A stretch of 63,421 bases of DNA, the filler included, from Aduncisulcus paluster (lineage: Eukaryota): NCBI GenBank assembly GCA_024181965.1. It is 6 parts of 6 records of this genome, joined end to end, with 100 filler letters (N's around TTAATTAATTAA, not from the genome) between each part and the next. Parts side by side here need not be neighbours in the genome. Positions count along the whole stretch, not along the records: positions 1 to 28,911 come from BQXS01012548.1; positions 29,012 to 47,329 come from BQXS01012553.1; 4 more parts are not named here. One strand, given 5' to 3'. The position numbers were made by a program, and so were the translations under genes. A model generated the notes under the pieces. That model did not search any database. It was given only the letters and a program-made list of their open reading frames with translations, and was not told the DNA's origin. Positions 23,201-35,005 of this stretch are shown one piece after another; the first letter of the stretch is position 1, and the number at the start of each line of letters is the position of its first letter.

Positions 23201-26200
23201 ATGCTGAAGATGAGCCTTCAAAGAAGAAACCTTCGGGTGGTGCGGCTAAGAAAGGAGGAAAGAAAGATGATAATTCTGCATTGCTTGAAGAAATTAAGGA
23301 GAAACGTACAAAACTTGATGAACAGAAGTCTATTTTCTATGCCGATGCTCAGTGTGATAAGAATGCTTTTTTCTTGTCTGATAATGCCATTTTATCCAAT
23401 ACTGAGCTTTATAATGCTACTCTTATGGACATTCCAGAATCGTTATGTGGAATTGCTTGTGTTGTCCACACTCTTGTTGATCAGGTCGCTGCAAACGTCA
23501 GTGTGCTTGAGTATATGAATAAGGAGAAGCAAAGACGTGGGAGAAAACAGGGCATGCATCCTGAAATTAAAAATTCAGTCATCATTAGTGACAAAACTGA
23601 TGTGTTTTTATCTGGATCATATCTGGATAAGGAAGAACAAAATATTGATAATGGAGGAAAACAAGAAGAGGACTATTCTCCATATCCTATGCATATATAT
23701 GTGCGTGAACTCCAATCGATTGTGCTTAAACAAGCCCAAGAATATATTTTAAATGTTGCTTCTCCTTTGTGTACTCTTTTTGATGGCTTCTTTGAGGAGG
23801 TTATGAAGATTGGAACTCTATCTATGGAGAAAGTAGCCACTATCTTCCCTAATGATCCATTGAAGTGTTTCTTCCACCGTATCCATCTCTTTTGTTCCAT
23901 TATTGAAGAGGAAGAGTTGCGTCAAAATGTACAAAAACGTGTCCTAGCTGTTGTTATGCGTTCACTTTGTGTTACTGACTATGAATTGAAAGCCAGCAGC
24001 AATGAAGCCTGCTCTGTTTCTTCCAACAAAACCTCGAAGGAACAACAACTCTTCGAGCTTATTCCCGATTATAAATTAGATTCCCTTGATGTCTCTGAAT
24101 GCATTTTATTCATGATGTTACAAAAGGTTGCGCAAGAAGAGGGTGGACATGTATTAGTCCATTCTCACGAGGGAAAGGAACAAGCTGATGGTGACGATTC
24201 TGTTTGTCGTTCATTTGAACTTGTTCCCCCCTCTGAATCGCCTGAAAAGGCTGTGTCTCTGTATGTGACTCCATCAGATATCAACTCTTTTTCAAGTTCG
24301 ATCACTCAATTCTTCTTTGGTGGTCGCCGAACTGAGACGCATACTTCCCTTACAACTGAAGATGTACTCCTCTGTGAACGTGAAGCCGAAAGGAGAAAGC
24401 TCCACCAAGATCGTGAGGTTGAGTTGTTTAAGCTTTGGCGAGAGTGGGAATTGAAGAAAATGTCAATGAAAAAGAAGCCAACAAGCAATGCTTCTCTCTC
24501 CAAGAAGAAGAAAGTGAAGACATTGAGCTCTGTTGTCCAAGATATTGAGAAACATACCCCTTCATTGTCATACATTTCACGATGCTTGTTACCTGCACCA
24601 CTTGATTGTGAGAATATCCAGCGCAACACATTTGTGAACTCTCCTGCTCCAGATTCCACTCCTCTATCCCTTCCTCTGCCTTCTCCATCATCTTTTGAGT
24701 CACGTTCTTGTGTGAATTTCACTGAGTTTTGCGATTCTCATGCATATTTTATTGCTCTGAGCATGAAAGAAGATAAGGAATTGTTGAACCAGATTAATGG
24801 CGTTGGCATTTCTAAAAAGGTCAGCAGACAGAGTTCTCAAGTTCCTATAACCGATAAGGATGCTTCTCCTGAGGCTATTGAAGAGGATATTTCTGTATCT
24901 CTTGAGAAAGTATGCAATCAATACGCACAGAAATGTCCATCTGTTTCTCGAAAGATATACCTTGGATTTTCAGCCCCTGTGCCACGCGAAGAGCATGAAG
25001 AGGAGGAAGAGGAAGAAGTTGCCGATGGAAAACATAATAAGAAGTCAGCCAATAGCAAGGATAAACCCCCAAAAGAACATGTCGTTGAGGATGAACACTC
25101 CGTTGCTCCTGATGCAAGTTCTCCTTCAAGTCCTGAAGTATCGTGTATATTGTCTATCGATCTCTCTCTCTTGCCACCTGCCCCACCTTCAACATGTTAC
25201 ATTGACCCAGTTTCTCTTGGTCATGTTGTAATCCTCCCTCCGCAACCTCCATCTTTGACATATTCAAAACCTGCTTTGACTCTAGAAGAGGAGAAAGAAA
25301 GGGACAAGAGGAGAAGGAAGTTGAAGAAAGCGAGTAAGTTACGCTTTGAACCTATATTGTTACCCACGAAGAAGAAAGCAAAGAAGAAGAAGGAACCATC
25401 ATCATATAAGAGTTCTGATGTCTCAAATTGTTCGTTTTTGTTGTCAATGCTTCCTCTATCTTTCTGCAATTCTAAGTTCTTGTCTCAGTTACACAGATCT
25501 CTCTGTCCTATTGATGTCGTCAGGGAGTGGAAGAAGGTGGAAACATGGATGCAAATGAATGAATCAAACGTTTCGGTTAAATCTCATATTAGTTCTATCT
25601 CTCCAGGTCTGAATAACATGCCTTATTCATCTTCTGTCTTCTCTAGGTTTATTGTCGGTTCGTCTCTTTTCTCTCTTTTATCCGTCACTCGCTTCCCTTC
25701 ATTTTTCCTTACTCCTGCCCACCCTCCTCTTCCACTTAATGCTTTAGCTCCTCTTGCTTCCAAGAGACGAGTTACAATGATGAACGGATGTATTGGACGC
25801 AGCGGTGGTGCTTCTGTTGTTGTTACTCGGCGCGGTGGTAGGAGTATTTTAGCCTCTGAACCATTCCCATACTTCCCCTCAATCATCCCCTCAATGGTGG
25901 ATGATGGTGTATCTTATTCTATTGATATGCACAGGGAAGTCATCAATCGTCGCACATTGAAGCTTCATCCCACCGTTTCTAACGATACCTGTGATAATCT
26001 TAGGGAAACTGTAACCTGCAATGTGAACCTCTCTGACGGAACCTGTGTTCGTGCGATCACCACTGACACCACTGTAACCGAGAAGGAGAGTTCAAAGATC
26101 TCTGTGTTGAACGGAGCAATGCACAGCGCAGTAACATATAGTTCTGGGTGCATAGTTGAACGGAAAGAGTTCTTAGATCTCCCTATTGTGAGTGAAGTTA

Positions 26201-28911
26201 TGGAACGTAATGGAATTGTTCCTCAGACTCCTTGGTCCTTGTCATATGTTTGTGTGTCCATTCCTTTCTATTTACCATATGCGATATTCCATGATGAGCA
26301 TGACCAAGCTCTGAATTGCAGTGAAACACTGTCTCGTAACCAGCTAATGGAACGTTTGGTTAGGCTGTGTAATCTTCGTTCTATTGTTGCTGGTGTGGAA
26401 GGATTGCAATTACGGGAGTCATATGGGTCTGATGGGTCGTATCATGCTTCTTTGATTGGCTGTGATGCTTGTTCAGTTCCCGTGGAATCTTGTAACAATG
26501 AAATCCATCTTCTTTCAATGTTTACTTTTCCTCGATTCTCATATTCGATATCCTTGTACGGGAATCCACGGACATGTGTCATTGCAGAGAGCCATCGGTG
26601 TGTTCTGGATATCGAGAAGATTATCGGACAACAGCGTGAACAACGAAGGATTTCCAAGGGAGAAGCTCTCAAAAGGGTGGAAGAGGAGGAGAAAAAGAGG
26701 GAAGAAGAAGAAGCAAGATTATTGGCAGAGGAAGAAAAGGGTAATGATGGCAAAAAGAAAGGGAAACCAGCCCCCAAGAAACCCGATTCAAAGAAAAAGG
26801 GTGACAAGGATCAGAAGACTCCCATTGAGACTGTCAATGAAGAAGAAATGCTCCTCGATTCTGCTCTTGAAGCTGTTCTTACAGAGTGGCAGCAGACTCA
26901 ACATCAGAAGATTGAAATGTTCATTGATGATGCTGAGGCTTGCATAGATCCCGCCAAGGTGATTCGTGTATGCTCAATCGATGTTAATGGAATGAACAAT
27001 ACTTTCAAGGTCATGGGAGGGGAAGGGTTCCAATCTGTGATTGGTGAACTCAACGATCTTGGGATTCAGAGGAAAGAAGCTGAAGAAGAGAAGAGACAGA
27101 GCAAAGAACAGGCTAAACTCCAGGAAGAAGAGGCTTCAAAGAAGAAGAAGGGAGGGAAAGAGACCAAAAAGGGAGGAAATAATGAAGCTCAAGATGATGA
27201 ACATCTCGCCTCTGTGAAAGAAAAAATGATTGAATCTCTCCCTCTGGTTGATACTCCATCTTTGCTCTTGAAAAATCTCGTCGAATCCTTTCCTCCTCTT
27301 TCAAGACTTGTTCATTCCTTCCAACGTGTCAAATTATCCTCAAATGAGGGAGATTCTGATGACTCTGAAGATGATATCTTGAGCTTCGAGTTTACTCCAC
27401 CCCTCTCATTGGCTCTTTCAAACAAACAAGGTGTGTGTGAGTTTGGAGAAGGTAGTTGTTGTATGTATAACCTTCCAGAGGAAGAAAGAGTGCGGGATAT
27501 GTCTGATACTCACTCTGATCTTACGTTGCACAATGTTCTCACAACCCACCCACGTATCTTCGCTGTACTTGGTCTTGGACTAAGCTGTGGAATCGACGAT
27601 GCTTCCTCACATGACAGGTCAAAGGTGTACCGCGTCTACATTGAAAGTGGGCTTGGATGTGGAATTGCGGTGACAGTCCAACATGGAACTGTATATCTCA
27701 CTGTTTGTGGAATTGAATGCAAAGAGTGTGGTGATTTACAAAGTAACAGATTGTCATTACCTCTGTCACAGATGAGAGGAGATGTATATGTTTGTGTTGA
27801 TCGAGGATTTGTATTATGTCGTCCCAGTGGACTTACTGTGACCATCGCTGAGGTTGGTGGTGTCCGAGGCAAAAAGATGGTGAAAGTTGATTCCGATGAG
27901 AGATCTGAAGAGGATAATGCTCACATTGATACTCCCAATGGTTTCGTCTTTGTCAGTACTGCTGATCGGGCAGTGAGAGCTTGGGGTGGAGATATTAAGG
28001 AGAATTCAAGGCAATGTGTTTTGTTAACGGAAGAAGTGAACGATATGCCCGCTGACACTGATGAGAAAATCAAAAAACGTAAGAAAGAAAGGCTTGACCG
28101 ACTCACAGATTCCATTGTTACTCTTCTATCGTGTGTTCCTTCACTCCAAAAGCAATTAGAGCATTCCATGAATCTCCTGAGAGCTTCGATATCTCCTGTT
28201 CTCAAGGTGGAAGAATGCAATGGTGATGTACGAGGTGTATGTTCATGTATATTGAATCCTCAGGCTTCCAGTGGGTTCAGTTTACACGGATATGAGGGAG
28301 TTGACGTCAAATCTGAGGATGGTAGCAAGACGAGAAGGCGTGAAAATATTCGAATGACCTTGACTGGCGGGGTGAGCGGTATTCCTTGGGATTCTGCCGA
28401 CAAGATTGCCGAGCGTAAGAATGATCTTTCGTTTGAAGGAGCTCCTTCAGGACTATATCCTGCCTTAACAGTTCCACTTCCTCTTCATTCTGCTCTCTCT
28501 GCTCGTGTATCCAAGGAAGGAGAGGTATGGCGTGTGCAGAGCAGTATTGCCACTGCAAGTTGGGATCTATTCTCAGGAGAAAAGGGTTCTGGGAAAGGGG
28601 GAGTGCACGGGGGACTCATTTTACTTGGCGAGAAAGAAGAAAATGAGTTGAAAGAAAGAGAAGCCAAGGAAGAAGAAAACCAGAAGAAATTGGATGAATT
28701 CCGTAGAAAACGGGAGGAGTCGAGTGAAAGGGAAACTCTGAGCGGTGATGTGGTTATCTCTGCTGGATTCTTTGATAAGATGGAGAGAATTGAGGATAAC
28801 CAACTCTTTGATTTGTGTGGCCATGCTGGAATCTGGCTTGGCGGGAGAAAGTATTCTGCCCTTCAATCGCATCTCCAGTATATTATGTTCTCTTCTGCCT
28901 CCCCATCTGCA
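20212..28911 (+). CDS. Giant (>2,900 aa) hypothetical protein, 3'-truncated by the contig end; possibly axonemal
   Basis: Uninterrupted ORF with recurrent KKGGKK/KGKKK motifs after E/K-rich helices, a pattern typical of flagellar proteins; no domain recognised. Confidence 0.8.
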
Positions 28912-29011
28912 NNNNNNNNNNNNNNNNNNNNNNNNNNNNNNNNNNNNNNNNNNNNTTAATTAATTAANNNNNNNNNNNNNNNNNNNNNNNNNNNNNNNNN
29001 NNNNNNNNNNN
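28912..29011. other. Artificial contig spacer N44-TTAATTAATTAA-N44
   Basis: Six-frame stop linker at 28956-28967; identical 100-bp spacer used five times. Confidence 0.98.
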
Positions 29012-29144
29012 TGTGTATTCTGAGATAAACCGAAATTTTGAAGATAAATGTGAATTCTTTTCTTTGATGTTCAACATCAACTTGATGATGTTCTCTTTTT
29101 CTCTTTGTTTTTGACAGATAGATTTCTCATAAACTTAAAAAATA

Positions 29145-32100
29145 ATGTCACATGAAGCTTATGCCGATTCTATGCTATTTTCAAGCCATTCTGATGAAGT
29201 TGACAAAGAACTTTCAAAGAAAATTGGTTTGATGTCTTCTGATGAACGAAAGGAAGAAGCTGCCATAACTAGAGATTACATCAATGTTAAAATTCTTTCG
29301 CATGGCTATTCTATCCCCGGTGAAACGGACAAACATGTCGTTCAAGTGGCACAAGGCCTTGTTCAACATTACAGAGCCACAAATATTGTCTTGAGTCAGT
29401 ATCTCCCTCCTTGTGATGCTCGTATCCAGAGATTTGTTGAGAAATATCTCGATGATGTTCAAGATTCTTTGATTGAAATGCCCCATCTTCCAAAGAATTC
29501 TTTTACTCTTGATAGAAGTGGAATTGCCAGAACTCTCTCTATTCCTTTCGATAAAGATTCCATTGAGAGTACATACATGAGTTCTTACCGTCTCAAGCCC
29601 CAAGGAGTACTCCACAACCCTCAAAATGATAGGAGAACAACTCAGAATGTTTTCCACGTTGCTGAAGGAGGATTACCAATTCCTGATGATAAAATAAGTG
29701 TTCCCAAACATGTTTTTGGAAATTTGATGTATAAGGCTCTCCACCCCCCTGAAGATGACCTTATTCTCCCTTACACTGCTTCTCTCCCCAAAGATGATCA
29801 GGTCAAGACATGGGTCTCCCTTTTGCTCCGTCCCCTTGTCGTTCCTGGTGTCCCTGGAAAGTTCGGGGAGAAACGGATGGAAACTCGTGTTTTTGTTCCT
29901 GGTTCTCTCGTTGCCATCACTGACTTCGTCGAGAGTATCTTTGGAAACGCTGGAGATCCTTGGTTACCCGAGAATGATGCTGGTCTCGATCCCCACTGGT
30001 CCCAAAGCAGTGGTCTTATCATTATATCTCCTTCTCTCCGCACTGCGACCAAGAAGGAATTAGGTCTCCCCAGTTGGGCCGAGGCCACCCAAAAACAAAG
30101 AGATACCAAGATGTGCTACCAAACAGATGATGAACCCTATCACAATGGCAAACCTTTCAAGATTGTTGCTAGAACTGCTGAAGGTGTTATCATTTCCATT
30201 ATTGCCGACAGTTACTTCGGATATGCCAAAAAGAGCGTAAAGACTCAGTTAAGTTACGCCTCGAATATGTTTGGTCTCTCAGAAGAAGAGCACAGTGGAG
30301 GAGCTCTTGCTGCTGCTGCCTACAATTGGGGTGATCACTTCAAGGCTGATTCCCGTGTTGGAAAAGGTCGTAAGGTTGCTCATTGGATGGAGAATGCCAC
30401 AAAATACCAGTCTTTCATGAAACCCAATTATGATCATGGATATGCCATTGATAAAAACTTCCCCAATTTGATATATGTTCCCGAATCTACCGAAATTTCT
30501 CTTCCCAATCGTACAGTAACATTCGACAACCCTGCCCATATTGGCAAGACTGTTACTCTCCCGCTTCAATACGGCAAAATATATATCCTCCCCAATGGTT
30601 ACCGTGTCTTCCTTGAGCACAACAAGAAGACCAAAGTATGGTACCTTGTTGGTGTCAACGCTGAACCTGTGTTCTGCCATAAACCCACGACTGTTTCTGG
30701 AGCTGGAAAATCTGAGATATCAAAGAGTTTGAATGATGTTATTGTTTCCATGCCTATTTATGTCTCTGATTTTGATAAGGACTTCGATGCTGTTGATGCT
30801 CTCTTGACACGTGATTACAGAGATCGTTGGCTCCCTGAGTTCCGTCCTGATGAGTATAAAGATCCTGAATATCGCTGTAGACCTATTCTTTCCACCCGTC
30901 GTTCCCTCGGATCTGTCATCAAGCTTCTCTCTCCATCTGTGACCGAGTACACGAAGGAATACAACGAATTCTGCCAAAAAATCAACCCTTCCACACGTTG
31001 TCTTTTATACCTTCTCAAAGCTATTTATAAACCAGAATGGGGTGACGATTGGCGTCATCGCTTCAAGGTCGATGTCGTTAATGGAGCACCTGGTCATGAA
31101 TTGATATATGTCCGTGAGACAGAGTTCCGTAAGAATCAGATGGTCCGTGCTAATTATCTCAGAGTTGGGACTGAGAAGTCATGCTGGCGTACCTTTAAGC
31201 TCCGTCAAGACTTCCATCCTTCCTTCAAGGTCCAAATGGAAGATGATATCTCCTCCAGTATCATTGCTCCTGGTCACTGGCACGAAGAGGAAGAATACAA
31301 GCATGAGGTTGCTGTTAAACATGTCTCCAATGCGGAACATCGGTTCTTCCAGAGACCTGATGAGTGCATTGTCCCAGGCCATGATAAACAAGCAGAAAGA
31401 GATCTAGCTCGTATGGATGGGGCTCTGTTTTGTTCCAATTACGAAAAACAGGGCGCCGAAGATGCTCTCGCCACTGCTGATGATGTCATGGAACTCGATC
31501 AGTACTCTGGTCCCGTTAAGGACCTCATTGCTGAACAAGCGAAGCGTGCTGAAGAAGGTAAAAGATGCATCTCTTACATCATGTCCTCAAAACCACGTAT
31601 TGTCGATGGAAAACCAACCAAGAACGTTCGTTATCTCCAAGATAGACCCACATACCTTGACAAATTACCAAGATACATTGCTGAGGTTGCTCTCAGGCTT
31701 CACAGAGGCACGCCTCAGTGTAAACCTGTTCCCATGCCCGTGTCCTTAGTTCTGCCTGGGCGTCGTCTTAATGTAGCCTCCATTGATGTTGCTACTGGCA
31801 AGAAGATCCGTACCCTTGCCGTGTTCAACCCCATTCATTACCAAGAACTCCCAGAGTTGCTCATGGATGTCATTCCCTGTATCACAGGTAAGAGTCCATC
31901 GACCACTGGTGCTGGTACTGAGGGAGCTCTGACCAAGAACCCTTTCAATGCTATTTCAGGAGCTGTTGATCTCAACAACTTCTTCGTTGGTCTTGTCCTC
32001 ACTGGAAACCCTGTGTTTTCCACAGCTGCTGGATTCATTGGCCAAGAATGCAAGGTCGATCATGATATTTCTCTGATGATCCCTGAGTTGTTCTCTCGTT

Positions 32101-32783
32101 TGAGGCCTGATGAATGTGATCCCACGACTCTAATCGAGGAAGGAATGCTCGAAAAAGTTGAAGATATCGTTGACGAGAAAACTGGTGAAGTCATTGAAGC
32201 CTCAAGACTCGGTTTCAGAATCACCTTGAAGTTTGTGACAAGGTTCTTTGGTCGTATGTTTGACAATCCTTTCGATGTGTTCACTGAGAAGTACCTCCGC
32301 CCTGAGCTTCAAGATCTTGAAGAATACAAGGATGGTGTCAAGAACATCATCGAAGCTCAGAAGAAAGTAGCCGATGGGTATATCCGTGATGGTGGTGTTC
32401 ACTATCTTGTCCCTCCGCTTCAATGTCTCATATACATTATGTCTGAAGGTTCTTACCATGGCGTTACCATCAGAGATCCTCGTTTAAGAGCCATGTTCAC
32501 ACGTGAGAATGTCATGAAGAGTTCTTGGTATAAAGACAGACTCGTCCATTTCAGAAAGAAGCAGTTGCAGCGTGTTGATAAGCATATCCAGTACATGGAA
32601 CAATGGTTGAGCAGGGATGAAAACAAGTCAGCTGCTGCAAGGAGGAAGATGGGAATTGTTGAAAAACTTGAGGAAGCTAAGGAAGAAAAGGCATTCATCG
32701 AGAACGAAAGTGCTTTCCTAAAGTTCTTCTGGGGTTCAATTGGGGCCGATCTTGTTAGCAAGCACCCAGCTCCAAAGTTTTAA
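29145..32783 (+). CDS. Pyrophosphate-dependent phosphoenolpyruvate carboxykinase (PPi-PEPCK)
   Basis: 1212 aa; QGVLHNP.NDRRTT..VFHVAEGGLPIP.DK, EEEHSGGA, CHKPTTVSGAGKSEISKS, KVQMEDDISSS, TGKSPSTTGAGTEGALTK.PFNA. Confidence 0.92.
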   Translation: MSHEAYADSMLFSSHSDEVDKELSKKIGLMSSDERKEEAAITRDYINVKILSHGYSIPGETDKHVVQVAQGLVQHYRATNIVLSQYLPPCDARIQRFVEKYLDDVQDSLIEMPHLPKNSFTLDRSGIARTLSIPFDKDSIESTYMSSYRLKPQGVLHNPQNDRRTTQNVFHVAEGGLPIPDDKISVPKHVFGNLMYKALHPPEDDLILPYTASLPKDDQVKTWVSLLLRPLVVPGVPGKFGEKRMETRVFVPGSLVAITDFVESIFGNAGDPWLPENDAGLDPHWSQSSGLIIISPSLRTATKKELGLPSWAEATQKQRDTKMCYQTDDEPYHNGKPFKIVARTAEGVIISIIADSYFGYAKKSVKTQLSYASNMFGLSEEEHSGGALAAAAYNWGDHFKADSRVGKGRKVAHWMENATKYQSFMKPNYDHGYAIDKNFPNLIYVPESTEISLPNRTVTFDNPAHIGKTVTLPLQYGKIYILPNGYRVFLEHNKKTKVWYLVGVNAEPVFCHKPTTVSGAGKSEISKSLNDVIVSMPIYVSDFDKDFDAVDALLTRDYRDRWLPEFRPDEYKDPEYRCRPILSTRRSLGSVIKLLSPSVTEYTKEYNEFCQKINPSTRCLLYLLKAIYKPEWGDDWRHRFKVDVVNGAPGHELIYVRETEFRKNQMVRANYLRVGTEKSCWRTFKLRQDFHPSFKVQMEDDISSSIIAPGHWHEEEEYKHEVAVKHVSNAEHRFFQRPDECIVPGHDKQAERDLARMDGALFCSNYEKQGAEDALATADDVMELDQYSGPVKDLIAEQAKRAEEGKRCISYIMSSKPRIVDGKPTKNVRYLQDRPTYLDKLPRYIAEVALRLHRGTPQCKPVPMPVSLVLPGRRLNVASIDVATGKKIRTLAVFNPIHYQELPELLMDVIPCITGKSPSTTGAGTEGALTKNPFNAISGAVDLNNFFVGLVLTGNPVFSTAAGFIGQECKVDHDISLMIPELFSRLRPDECDPTTLIEEGMLEKVEDIVDEKTGEVIEASRLGFRITLKFVTRFFGRMFDNPFDVFTEKYLRPELQDLEEYKDGVKNIIEAQKKVADGYIRDGGVHYLVPPLQCLIYIMSEGSYHGVTIRDPRLRAMFTRENVMKSSWYKDRLVHFRKKQLQRVDKHIQYMEQWLSRDENKSAAARRKMGIVEKLEEAKEEKAFIENESAFLKFFWGSIGADLVSKHPAPKF

Positions 32784-33575
32784 TTCAACAACTTTCGCAA
32801 ATTGTCTTAGAAGCTTTTTATGGCGTTCATTTTCGACGTTTGACCTCCTCAAAGATTAATAGATAAATATAAATTATTCATTTTACCTTTTTTTTTTTTG
32901 AATACTTCTCTAATCTATTTATCTATCTTGGTCATTTTTTACTTTATTTTCTTTATTTCTCTTTTTACTGGTTCTTCCATGCGATTCACAAAGTAAACCA
33001 TGCATATTACAATATACTGACTTTTAATTCAAAATCAACTTGTTTTTACAACTCAGTTGATAGGCTATCAACGGTTGGCAATTTGTTATAAAGTTATAAA
33101 GTTTTCAACGAATCTGGTTAAATTTTGATCATAAGAAGTTCAAAAAACACATTTAAAGATCTTTTCTATTGTGATTTTTCTCGAATGAAATTTGAATTAA
33201 CTCTCTATCAACATCAAGAGCACATCTTCCTCCCACACTTTCAAAAACAGATACAAAAATCACAATCACCAGATAATATTTGTCCATGGAACAATATATA
33301 TTCATCTACGACTGTAAACTTCTTTTTATACGAGTAAAAAAAGTGGAAATCCGGATCACTACTTTAGTCATTATAAAGATTTTTTTTTCAGTATATTCAT
33401 CAGTAAAAATCGTTGTCAGTCTACATGCCTTAAAACTATCTTGTCTTGGAGCAAAGTATTTGGCGAGAAAGCTGATTGAAGAATTCAATTTCCCAAACCG
33501 AAATTCGAGTGATTATCAAACAGATTTTGTCGACCATAATGAGCTCAAATTCAATGTTAGTTAAAAAAATGTCTG

Positions 33576-34001
33576 ATGCTCCAGATTTTAGCTTGTATAT
33601 CATTATTTTTTCTATTATTTTCATTGCTGACTATCTTGGCTTTCTGCATTATCTGTTTCACTTGTTGCCGTAATGCTCGAACTGTGGCAACTGGAGGAAT
33701 TGGAATGGGTGGACTTGGCCTTGCTGTTGGGGCGGCTGCCATAGCTAGTTCATCCAACACATCTGCAACATCTGTTGTACCCCCCCAACCCACTTATTCC
33801 CAGAGTTACACTCAACCAACCAGTTATACTCAACCACCTGTTTACACTCAGCCACCTACCTATATTTCCCAACCTGGAAGTGCTCCACCTCCCGAATATC
33901 AGCCAACACAACAAATTGATGGTCTTATGTATTCAAGTGCCCCTGATTTGACAACGGATTCATCAACTGCCCCACTTATTGTTGGGGATTATGAAATATA
34001 A
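33576..34001 (+). CDS. Single-pass membrane protein with juxtamembrane Cys cluster and PPxY motifs; probable upstream exon
   Basis: Hydrophobic segment, then FCIICFTCCR, then PPVY, PPTY and PPEY. Confidence 0.7.
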   Translation: MLQILACISLFFLLFSLLTILAFCIICFTCCRNARTVATGGIGMGGLGLAVGAAAIASSSNTSATSVVPPQPTYSQSYTQPTSYTQPPVYTQPPTYISQPGSAPPPEYQPTQQIDGLMYSSAPDLTTDSSTAPLIVGDYEI

Positions 34002-34377
34002 TTTTCGAAAATTGTGTTCAACCTGAATTTATTATAGATCTAATTTTCCTTCACATAATTAACAATACAATAAGGAATATACGCATTGATTCAATCGAGA
34101 TGAAAATGCTTTCAATAATTTAGGATCATCCGTAATACGGATTCCGTATTTCAACATGACTCGAAGTAAATTAAATTCAACAATTCAGCAATTCAAGTCA
34201 TTTTCTGAGTCTCAGAATCGGAGATACAAACAAACCCAGAATACCATTCCACACAGGAGTATGTAATTGTAGGAGAAAACCTTCTTTTACTAAACTTGGG
34301 CCTTTCTCTTGAGCATTGAGATTGAGAAGAAAGGCTCTCTCACAAGCAGATTGATGAGATTGGATTTGATACAAAAA

Positions 34378-34973
34378 CTATTCATGATCAACAGAACTCA
34401 ATCCTCTTCTAAATTTAGAACTATCTACAAATGATGATAAAAATCCAGTGGGCGTATCCGGAAATATCTCGATGGAATCCTCAATCTTGCCAGGAGGGCC
34501 ATAGAGATCCAATTTCTCTTTCACAACATCTTGAATACTTGGGCATTTCCATCCTTCTCCAATCTTAGGCAACAAAGGTTTGATGCATTGGACTTTGGTA
34601 CGAGCTTCATGCACACTCATCCGGACATCCTTGTTGAGTTGTGTGAGACCTGTGAATACTTCATTCAAAACGCTGTGAACTTGTTTATATTTTCCACCAT
34701 CAATGGTCAACAGAGATTTGAAAAGCGGGGAACACTGAGAGATAGAAAGACTACTGGTAAAAGTGGTACTATCCTGAATCTCAACTCCACGACTTTCCAA
34801 CTTATCATCATGTTTGGAAAACATATCCTCCAATTCAAGAAATAATGGGTCATGCTCATATGGTTTGCTAAGGGCCACGGATCCGCATGTGACTGTAGAA
34901 CCCCCAAGTCTCAAAGATTTATCTATCTCTTCCTTCTCTTCCTTCTCTTCCTTCTCAACTCTAAAATCGGCAA

Positions 34974-35005
<32 letters not shown>

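Noticed and set aside
12844..32761. Numerous 60-285-aa overlapping or antisense ORFs
   Set aside because: Shadows of long codon-biased genes; L/F/S-rich with no motifs.
5440..32783. Hexamitid-type TAA/TAG=Gln genetic code
   Set aside because: H4, the S28 peptidase and PEPCK end at TAA at expected positions, and multi-kb ORFs have no internal TAR.
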